From the IMG/VR virus record IMGVR_UViG_3300023371_000071: DNA of 19,254 nt; one strand, 5' to 3'. A model generated the notes under the pieces. That model was not told the DNA's origin. It did not search any database and worked only from the letters and a program-made list of their open reading frames with translations. The number at the start of each line of letters is the position of its first letter. The first letter of the stretch is position 1. Shown piece after piece: positions 12,354 to 19,254 of the stretch. Origin of the DNA: a virus (lineage: Duplodnaviria > Heunggongvirae > Uroviricota > Caudoviricetes). The position numbers and the translations under genes were made by a program.

Positions 12354-13187
12354 ATGACCCCCAAGATTATTGATGGCAAAGCAATTGCGGCAAGAGTTGA
12401 ACAAGAGTGTAAACACACTATCGAAGCATTCAACCTCCAGCCTAAACTTGTTGTAATTACTACCGACGAAGCTGACGCTGCCTCTAAAGTATACATGCGG
12501 AATAAGCATCGTGCAGCTGAACGTGTCGGTATCCTATATGAAGAAATTATTCTTAATAAATATGCGGACATGACAATTATGCTATCTACTATTCGTCAGC
12601 TTAACGCTGATCCTACGGTACATGGCATTATCGTACAGCTGCCATTACCAGCTCGTTTCGATGTGCCGACTATTCAAGCTGAAATTGATCCTGATAAAGA
12701 CGTTGATGGGTTCCATCCCGACTCAGCATTTGACCCTTGTACGCCCGATGCTGTGATGCATATGCTTCTGGATGACGAAAAAATGACTCTTGACGGAAAA
12801 CACGCCGTTGTCATTGGCCGTTCCAATATCGTTGGAAAACCTCTCGCTCGTCTCCTTCTCCAAGAGAATGCGACTGTTTCCGTCTGTCATTCTCATACTG
12901 ATTCAATTTTACTTGAGCAGCTTTGCAAGAGCGCTGATTACGTGTTCTGCGCCGCAGGCGTCCCGGGGCTCGTGAGACCCGAAATGTTGGCGTACGGCAC
13001 AGTGCTCGTCGACATTTCTATCAATAGAGATATTGAAGGAAAGTTGTGCGGCGATGCCCATCCGGATTGTTATCCACTATGTTCTGCATATACTCCCGTT
13101 CCTGGCGGTGTTGGACCACTTACCGTATCCCGTCTCATGTGGCACACCGTTACCTCTGCACTAATGGCAAGAAAGGATGAAACTTAA
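12354..13187 (+). CDS. folD: bifunctional methylenetetrahydrofolate dehydrogenase/cyclohydrolase
   Basis: IIDGKAIA, YxxxK, HGIIVQLPLP, KDVDGFHP, PCTP, VVIGRSNIVGKP, TPVPGGVGPLTV. Confidence 0.95.
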   Translation: MTPKIIDGKAIAARVEQECKHTIEAFNLQPKLVVITTDEADAASKVYMRNKHRAAERVGILYEEIILNKYADMTIMLSTIRQLNADPTVHGIIVQLPLPARFDVPTIQAEIDPDKDVDGFHPDSAFDPCTPDAVMHMLLDDEKMTLDGKHAVVIGRSNIVGKPLARLLLQENATVSVCHSHTDSILLEQLCKSADYVFCAAGVPGLVRPEMLAYGTVLVDISINRDIEGKLCGDAHPDCYPLCSAYTPVPGGVGPLTVSRLMWHTVTSALMARKDET

Positions 13188-14878
13188 TGGCAACCACTCG
13201 TACTGAAACAGATATTAAACTGTATACAAACGAAGAGTTGCAAGATATTCAAGATAATTCACATTCTGGTTCAGCAACAGATTCAAAAGGTAATATTCAA
13301 GCAGTTCTTTCTGCGATTATTACCTACACTAAAGCTGCGGCTGAAGCTAATCGTAATTATGTAGATATTTTGTGGTCTTCTATTAAAACAGGTAATTATA
13401 CCGATAAAATCCTTGGTTGGATTGAAATGAAACCCGAAAACTCATTGGATGAACACAAATATGGTATTGCAGACACCCGCTGGGCTGTCGATATTGGTGG
13501 TCGTATTACTGAAAGCGGATGTAGATGGATTTTTGTGTATAACCGCGACTCTGAAGAACCTTGCGGAATTCGTATTTCTTGGTGGGAAGAAAATGAAGAT
13601 GAGACTGATCCAATTGAAGAAGCTTGGACCAACAATCCTTACATCATTCTTCCTAAGAATAAATATGCGTTTCCCACTGCTTCTGAAGTAAATACTATTA
13701 TTGTACAACCAAATGCAATGCAAGTTAATAAGGACTTTATTAACAATATTTTTAGCACAATCAATTATCATATTCAAAATGCTGCAAAAAATAGTAATAA
13801 CAATGTTCGAATTCCTTGGGAGACATTTGGTAATTCTGCGGAAGTGCAAAAAATGTTTGTTGTTACATCAAGAGATATAACAATAGTAGAATCAGAAAGT
13901 CTATCTGCGCTCGGTGGTTGTTTTAGCTATGGAGAACGCTCTGATGGTCATTATCCAAGAGCAACAAATCGTGCATTTACCGTTGATGACTTTGATCCAC
14001 TGGAGATGGGCTTCTTTAATGATGCTACCTATTTGGAAGATAATTATACTGCCTTTGCACCTGCAACCAGTTTTACATTGTATCAAATTTTAACAGAAAT
14101 TTTAGGATATGGTGTAAGCTATTCTGCTAGTGTTGATCTTCAGAATGGTCAAGCTTTTTGTATGGGTCTGTTAATCACTTGGGATAAAGAAAATTCCTAT
14201 GCAACAAATACAAGCAATGCTAATTATCTTGCAAATGAAATTTTTGCTGATGAATCTCAGCAATATAGAGATTCTTTAACTTCAGTACTATCTTGGCCTG
14301 ATGGTACTGTACCAACTTTGGAACATTATATTGCAGCAAATAAAAAGAATAATACCTCTTGGCTAAAAACTTTTGTTGATTTAACAGTTAGTAAAATGAA
14401 TACTGCTTTTGCTAAAGGAGATCGTGCAATTCATATTCTATGGTCAGAAGTCAGTTCTTCTTATGCCGATGAAGTAAAACGAGCTTGGCAAAATGGTTCA
14501 TGTGAATATGACGGTTATATTGAAGCAGCTGTACCAAGAGGAAGAGATCTTGGAGTTGGAACTCAAACTTCTGTGGCTAGTGCTTTTAATCAAATTATGG
14601 ACGCAGAACATTATTCTGCTGGTTCTACCAATCCTCCAACTTATGCTTATGGATATATCCGCTATAAAAAAGATGGTGACACCAGTGGTGGAGGTAGTGC
14701 TAATTCTACAGCCATTGAAGATATTACTCACCCTGATTCCATTGGCTTAGCTATTACCCTGTATGGATATGTAGCAAGTTCTCCACAATCTGGTAATACT
14801 GCTGATGCTCAAACTGCTGATGCTATTCGTGATATTCAGCGGATTTGGTTAGCAAAAGAGGCCCCTAAAGCAAAGTAA
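13187..14878 (+). CDS. hypothetical protein (563 aa) with two or three expanded family C-like repeats
   Basis: Long ORF coupled to folD (TAATG); repeats end GIRISWWEE, LLITWDKE, LAITLYG. Confidence 0.8.
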   Translation: MATTRTETDIKLYTNEELQDIQDNSHSGSATDSKGNIQAVLSAIITYTKAAAEANRNYVDILWSSIKTGNYTDKILGWIEMKPENSLDEHKYGIADTRWAVDIGGRITESGCRWIFVYNRDSEEPCGIRISWWEENEDETDPIEEAWTNNPYIILPKNKYAFPTASEVNTIIVQPNAMQVNKDFINNIFSTINYHIQNAAKNSNNNVRIPWETFGNSAEVQKMFVVTSRDITIVESESLSALGGCFSYGERSDGHYPRATNRAFTVDDFDPLEMGFFNDATYLEDNYTAFAPATSFTLYQILTEILGYGVSYSASVDLQNGQAFCMGLLITWDKENSYATNTSNANYLANEIFADESQQYRDSLTSVLSWPDGTVPTLEHYIAANKKNNTSWLKTFVDLTVSKMNTAFAKGDRAIHILWSEVSSSYADEVKRAWQNGSCEYDGYIEAAVPRGRDLGVGTQTSVASAFNQIMDAEHYSAGSTNPPTYAYGYIRYKKDGDTSGGGSANSTAIEDITHPDSIGLAITLYGYVASSPQSGNTADAQTADAIRDIQRIWLAKEAPKAK

Positions 14879-14890
14879 GGAGGATCTTAA

Positions 14891-15694
14891 ATGAAATATT
14901 GTACTTCATATTTCCAGAGTGAACCTGTTCGTCAAAAGATTGATGAATTACGCTTTTCTACCGCTGCCATGAATGACGCACTCGGCTATGCCGAGCGTCA
15001 TTCAGACAAGCGGGTTATTATTGAATTTCTAGATTTACACGCAGATCATATTCCTACGATTGAAAAACTGCATAAGCTGCATCAAGAACAACCCAATATC
15101 TACTATGATTTCTATAATTTACATGATCTTGTAGAATATTCTCGCGCATTTGAACGTCAAGTAGATTATATTATGTACCATCAGCCCGCATTAACTTGGG
15201 GACTTGTGCAAATCTTACTTTATTACAAAGTTTGTGATATTGTTATTAGTGAACCTCTTACCTTTAACATGAATGAACTTGAAAAGAATGTGCATCCTTA
15301 TGCTCGTATTCGTATTCGTCCTTACATTGCAAAACCAGAAATTGCAAGAGGGATTGAAACAGATTCTGGTATCCACCATTTCTGGGTACTACCCCAGCAT
15401 ATGCACTTTTATGAACCATATGTTGATGTAATTGATTTGCTTGATGATAATATTGTGCGCGAAACAGCTTTGGTAAGTACTTATACATCTAATAAAGAGT
15501 TCTCTGCGCGACTGGATACTCTTATTGAAGGTGTAGAGTGCGGTATTGGTGCATCTTTTATCGACGATAAATTTGTACAGCGTCGTCTCACTTGCGGACA
15601 AAGCTGTTTAAAAAACAGCAATTATTGCCATTACTGTGATCAATATGTAAAAATGTATGATGTAATTGCCGCACAACGTAAATCTTCTAATTGA
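14891..15694 (+). CDS. peptidase U32-like / Cys-cluster protein
   Basis: AAGGAGGA RBS; FWVLPQHMHFYEPYVDVIDL resembles the F.RPEDL..Y..Y.D motif; C-terminal CGQSC-x5-CHYC. Confidence 0.5.
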   Translation: MKYCTSYFQSEPVRQKIDELRFSTAAMNDALGYAERHSDKRVIIEFLDLHADHIPTIEKLHKLHQEQPNIYYDFYNLHDLVEYSRAFERQVDYIMYHQPALTWGLVQILLYYKVCDIVISEPLTFNMNELEKNVHPYARIRIRPYIAKPEIARGIETDSGIHHFWVLPQHMHFYEPYVDVIDLLDDNIVRETALVSTYTSNKEFSARLDTLIEGVECGIGASFIDDKFVQRRLTCGQSCLKNSNYCHYCDQYVKMYDVIAAQRKSSN

Positions 15695-15729
15695 TTTTTT
15701 TCAAAAAATATTATATAATATATATGTAA
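15691..15729 (+). promoter_or_regulatory. class II promoter
   Basis: TTGATT-17-TATAAT-ATATATGTAA. Confidence 0.8.
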
Positions 15730-15775
15730 GATTGAGAGAGGGAATAAAACCTCACTCGGAAAGGAGAAGTCGAAG

Positions 15776-16012
15776 ATGTTCCGAACATTTTGTGAAGCTA
15801 TGGAACAAGAGCCAGCACTGACTCTCACCATGCTTGAAGAATTTGGTCATACTACTACTCGCACTGGTAAACTGAATCGTGCGGCAGCTCGTATCCGCCA
15901 AGACCTTGAAATGTACGGAGATTTCAGTCTTGAAGATGCTCTCGTAGCTTGCGATCTCGATCAGCTTACGGAAGCTGAAATCAAGTATCTGGAAGGACGA
16001 TTGAACTCATGA
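15776..16012 (+). CDS. hypothetical protein (78 aa)
   Basis: AAAGGAG RBS; ATGA overlap with next gene. Confidence 0.8.
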   Translation: MFRTFCEAMEQEPALTLTMLEEFGHTTTRTGKLNRAAARIRQDLEMYGDFSLEDALVACDLDQLTEAEIKYLEGRLNS

Positions 16013-17274
16013 ATAACTATAAGCTAAATCTCACTCGCACTGAGTTTTCTCGACTCATGCGAGGCTACTCCAATCAGTCTAACAAAACCGTTGATCGACA
16101 GCTTTGGAAGCGACTGAAGGGTGCGGCAATTGAGCCTAATACCCTCGGCTATGAGGTCACATATGATCGTGAGACCAAGATCGCTTGCATTGCCGTTCAT
16201 TCTCGAAGAACCTGTGGGGATCTACGGTTTACAACCAAACTTTATCCAACTCTGAAAGAGTTCATTAACTACATCTTCTTCGAGAATCATATGGGACGAC
16301 CGATTGATGTTTCTGTTCAGGGTACCAGTTCTGCGGCTTATCAAGCTAAAGACTATTCTCTGAAAACTGATTATATGAGTAGTTCTACTCATAATACTCC
16401 TCTAAGTAATATTGCACAGGCTATCTCCAATGTGGGTAGCACCGCAAAGACTGCGGGAGATGCCATCCAGACTTTGACTATCAACGCTAATGATTTCTAT
16501 GAGAGCGTTAAGGGATCTAAGATCAGTGATCTGGCTGATCTTACTGTACAGCCTTGGAGCTATGATCTTGATAGTAGTTCTGGAGTCCATAACTGGGGTA
16601 CCATTGCTATCAGTTCTGATGTTGACTCTCTGCGCACTGAGCTTGATGGCATTAAAAAACAAATTGACAAACTGAACGAAGAGAATAAGAAGGAGAAGAA
16701 GTCTATGTTTAATTTTGATTTTGGTAAGGTTACTTCTGATGCTGTCCGCGTTTCCATGTACGGTGTTGCTGTGAAGAATGTGGATGGTCGCTATGTTTCC
16801 TACGATAAGACCTCTCACTCCGTAATGGATGTTGAGATTCTGAATATGCCGGCCGGCGATTTCTTGTACAAGATGCCTGTGGCTATCAAGGACGTGAAGG
16901 CTGGCGACGTGGTTATCCACAACCGTGTGCCGATGTTCGTGGTTGAGACTCATGAGTCTACCATGAAGGTCATCGACATCCGCGAGGGTACCGAGAAGGA
17001 GATCTATCTGACTAAGTCTCCTTTCGGCTTCAATTTCGCTACCAAGGTTGTTTCCCTGATGGATATGACTGGCACCAAGGCCGACGAGAGCAATCCTTTC
17101 GGTGCTATGCTGCCTTTCATGCTGATGGGTGACAACAAGGACTTTGACCCCATGATGCTGATGCTGATGAATGGCGGCAAGTTTGATATGAGCAATCCCA
17201 TGATGATGTACTTCCTGATGAAGGACACCAATCATAAGGATCTGCTGCCCCTGCTGATGATGGCGAAGGCTTAA
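16009..17274 (+). CDS. hypothetical protein (421 aa) with probable internal start at 16705 and Met-rich C-terminus
   Basis: Long ORF; AAGGAG 9 nt before in-frame ATG 16705. Confidence 0.8.
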   Translation: MNNYKLNLTRTEFSRLMRGYSNQSNKTVDRQLWKRLKGAAIEPNTLGYEVTYDRETKIACIAVHSRRTCGDLRFTTKLYPTLKEFINYIFFENHMGRPIDVSVQGTSSAAYQAKDYSLKTDYMSSSTHNTPLSNIAQAISNVGSTAKTAGDAIQTLTINANDFYESVKGSKISDLADLTVQPWSYDLDSSSGVHNWGTIAISSDVDSLRTELDGIKKQIDKLNEENKKEKKSMFNFDFGKVTSDAVRVSMYGVAVKNVDGRYVSYDKTSHSVMDVEILNMPAGDFLYKMPVAIKDVKAGDVVIHNRVPMFVVETHESTMKVIDIREGTEKEIYLTKSPFGFNFATKVVSLMDMTGTKADESNPFGAMLPFMLMGDNKDFDPMMLMLMNGGKFDMSNPMMMYFLMKDTNHKDLLPLLMMAKA

Positions 17275-17300
17275 TGCCTTCGCCTAAGGCGGTGTGATTC

Positions 17301-17645
17301 ATGGAAGATAGGTATATTTTTATTAATGACCTGCGCAAAGCAACTCAAGAAGTTCTCAAGAGAAAAGAAGATGAGCAGAAAAAGTTGCGGCAGGCGCATA
17401 TAATGGATCTATCTCGCAGTATGCGGGAATGTGTAAATGAATATATGGCTACTTCTGCGGCGAAAGGCAGTTACAAAGTAGCTATTAATATGGAAACTGC
17501 ACTAAAGACTCCGTGTGATACAGATGAAGAGCGTCAAATGCGACTTAAAGTTCTTGGTGATACTGCCACTGAACTTCATAGCCGCGGTTTTAAGGTACGC
17601 TTTGATAATCATTTGAATATTACAATTTCGTGGGAGGAAGAATAA
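17301..17645 (+). CDS. hypothetical protein, family C-like
   Basis: TSAAKGSYKVAI...LHSRGFKVRF...ITISWEEE. Confidence 0.75.
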   Translation: MEDRYIFINDLRKATQEVLKRKEDEQKKLRQAHIMDLSRSMRECVNEYMATSAAKGSYKVAINMETALKTPCDTDEERQMRLKVLGDTATELHSRGFKVRFDNHLNITISWEEE

Positions 17646-17646
17646 T

Positions 17647-18003
17647 ATGCTTGGTTCTGTATGTGAAGTTGTAATGCTGCCCACCAATGGTCTTGATGAT
17701 ATTATCAAAACTGTAAATGAGAAGTATTCTCTTCAAGAGGGCGACCCTGAGTGGTTTGATCCCGACGAGTTTTGGTATCTGTTCTGGTGCGAACAGGAAT
17801 TTGGTACCGATTGCTATATGAAAATTGATGTATCTGAACGAGCCATTGAGGATGAAAAGGACTGGCTCATTGAATATGAGGGTCGAGAAGATACTCAGGA
17901 ATATGAAATCTATATCACCAAGGCCCGTATCCGAGTTCTTGAATACATTCGAGCGAACATCCCTGTAATGATTGATACGGTAATTATGCCTCTTTCCTAT
18001 TGA
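17647..18003 (+). CDS. hypothetical acidic protein (118 aa)
   Basis: GGGAGG RBS within upstream gene end; hairpin follows stop. Confidence 0.8.
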   Translation: MLGSVCEVVMLPTNGLDDIIKTVNEKYSLQEGDPEWFDPDEFWYLFWCEQEFGTDCYMKIDVSERAIEDEKDWLIEYEGREDTQEYEIYITKARIRVLEYIRANIPVMIDTVIMPLSY

Positions 18004-18006
18004 CAC

Positions 18007-18048
18007 AAAGAGAGCCCACTGGACACAGTGAGGCTCTCTTTGATTTTT
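18007..18048 (+). terminator. terminator hairpin merged with the next -35
   Basis: AAAGAGAGCC-CACTG-GACA-CAGTG-A-GGCTCTCTTT then GATTTTTTT. Confidence 0.7.
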
Positions 18049-18078
18049 TTGAAAAATTTTGATATAATATATATGTAA
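18040..18078 (+). promoter_or_regulatory. class II promoter
   Basis: TTGATT-17-TATAAT-ATATATGTAA with TG. Confidence 0.85.
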
Positions 18079-18104
18079 GGTTGAGAGAGAAAGGAAATGA
18101 TAAG

Positions 18105-18413
18105 ATGACTGTTGAACGCATGGCGGTTGTTGATTGTTATGAGTTGGAAGATGCTGTGAAACTTCAGTTCGGACTTGGTGAAGAATTTGATATTCTGCGT
18201 GCCTGCTTCGAAATGGCTGAGAATGGTTCCTATCAGGATTTGTGCATTGACGAGCTGTCTGTGGAAAATGCTCGCAAGACTGTTGAGCGTTATGAAGAGT
18301 GGAACTATCTGCCTCATGAGATTGAATATGCTCGTCAGTTAATGCTGACGCTGACCTATCTTCATGACGTGTTTCCCGACGAAGAAACTATTCTTGTACA
18401 TGTAAGTTGGTAA
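18105..18413 (+). CDS. hypothetical acidic protein (102 aa)
   Basis: AAAGGA RBS before ATG 18105; possible distant paralogue of 17647-18003. Confidence 0.8.
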   Translation: MTVERMAVVDCYELEDAVKLQFGLGEEFDILRACFEMAENGSYQDLCIDELSVENARKTVERYEEWNYLPHEIEYARQLMLTLTYLHDVFPDEETILVHVSW

Positions 18414-18426
18414 GGAGGTAGATATT

Positions 18427-18840
18427 ATGATTCATCCCAATGAAGCTGTGCGAATGATGATGTCTGCGCATGATGCAGACCTGAAACTGGCTCGTGAAAA
18501 GTATGTTCCTTACTGGATGGACCAGCTGAACAAGCGTATTATCAGCGCTGCCGAACATGGCTATGGCAATGTAACTCTTGAGCTTCGCTGGGCTGAACGA
18601 CTTGGTGCTGCCCATGCTCCCAGCCGTCGTGTTCAGAAATATACTGAAAGAATTCTGGATGAAGAGCTGACTCGAGATACTGGTTACTATGTCGTTAAAA
18701 AATCCGAAAATGATGACCATTATGCTCGTTATGAGGTATGGTGGTATTCTGAGGAATATGATGCCTATAAAGCAGAAAGAGAGGCAACTATTAATGGCAT
18801 CGAAGAAGAAGAAGATTACCCTCTCCCGCCTCTTAGCTGA
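18427..18840 (+). CDS. hypothetical protein, family C-like
   Basis: AAGGAGGT RBS; IISAAEHGYGNVTLEL...TGYYVV...YEVWW. Confidence 0.85.
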   Translation: MIHPNEAVRMMMSAHDADLKLAREKYVPYWMDQLNKRIISAAEHGYGNVTLELRWAERLGAAHAPSRRVQKYTERILDEELTRDTGYYVVKKSENDDHYARYEVWWYSEEYDAYKAEREATINGIEEEEDYPLPPLS

Positions 18841-18976
18841 AGACGGCTGGGAGCTAGCTTACTCCTCTAATAAATATCAGTATTACCTGTATCACCCTGC
18901 TCCGGGTATTTGGGGCGAAATCCGCAAGATCAAGAGAAGCATCGTTATTAACTACCTTGATAATAAGAAAGGATAG
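18794..18976 (+). CDS. small hypothetical protein (60 aa), ends TAG-TGA
   Basis: GAGAGG RBS before ATG 18794; MASKKKKITLSRLLAEDGWELAY...; fills the gap to the next gene. Confidence 0.6.
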   Translation: MASKKKKITLSRLLAEDGWELAYSSNKYQYYLYHPAPGIWGEIRKIKRSIVINYLDNKKG

Positions 18977-18983
18977 TGATATT

Positions 18984-19254
18984 ATGGCAGTCGCAAAATC
19001 TTATGAGCGTTATCCTATTGTTTCTGACGTGTTCCTCAAGGAAGGTCGTAAGTATGTGAAGGTTCGTGAAACTTGCGGCCGTTGCGGCGGTTCTGGTATC
19101 TGGGCTTGGGGTCCGTATGGCGGTACTTGCTTTGCTTGTCAGGGTGCTGGCTATCGTACTCTGGAAGTTCGCTGGTATACTGACAAGGAACGTGCGGCTC
19201 AGGATCGTCAGGCTGAAAAACGTGCTGAGGCTCGTGTCCAGCGTCAGCTTGAGC
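18984..19254 (+). CDS. zinc-finger (CxxCxGxG x2) protein, 5' part only
   Basis: AAAGGA RBS; CGRCGGSG and CFACQGAG motifs; open to window end. Confidence 0.8.
   Translation, partial: MAVAKSYERYPIVSDVFLKEGRKYVKVRETCGRCGGSGIWAWGPYGGTCFACQGAGYRTLEVRWYTDKERAAQDRQAEKRAEARVQRQLE

Noticed and set aside
16402-17235. 277-aa minus-strand ORF; likewise 6140-6895, 9651-10247, 2076-2570, 5569-6189, 2338-2982
   Set aside because: Antisense shadows of well-supported + strand genes, with no RBS or promoter and no recognisable motifs
18000-18030. Promoter at TTGACA 18000-18005
   Set aside because: No -10 hexamer at 16-18 bp; formed by the stop codon and hairpin
18689-18793. ATG 18689 as start of the 95-aa ORF
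   Set aside because: Would overlap the upstream gene by ~150 bp without an RBS; ATG 18794 has GAGAGG

Overview
Phage DNA, most likely from a large lytic phage of a Firmicutes (Clostridia-like) host. Support: TRTG-extended sigmaA promoters, a SpoVT/AbrB-like gene, folD, and dense small unknown ORFs; no structural, integrase, CRISPR or intact tRNA genes are recognisable. The left part (1 to ~9000) is an early/host-takeover-like array of 21 near-consensus + strand promoters, all with 17-bp spacers. Most drive one small gene and some drive only short ORF-less transcripts. It includes three winged-helix paralogues, two paralogues of a second family, GIY-YIG and DEDDh nucleases and an AbrB-type domain. 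It also carries a leftward ~260-nt structured RNA with a tRNA-like elbow lacking an anticodon loop, and six covarying GC-rich hairpin+TTTCC(C)G elements, five of them right after terminators. 9020-9620 is a non-coding junction with three more promoters and eight CCGAYCGG boxes. The right part uses a different promoter signature and holds a tandem winged-helix gene flanked by inverted TGTACA-N15-TGTACA sites (with an in-frame TAG just after its strongest RBS), folD, a 563-aa repeat-domain protein, a U32-like protein and hypothetical genes. Family calls come from motif recognition by eye; no searches were run.
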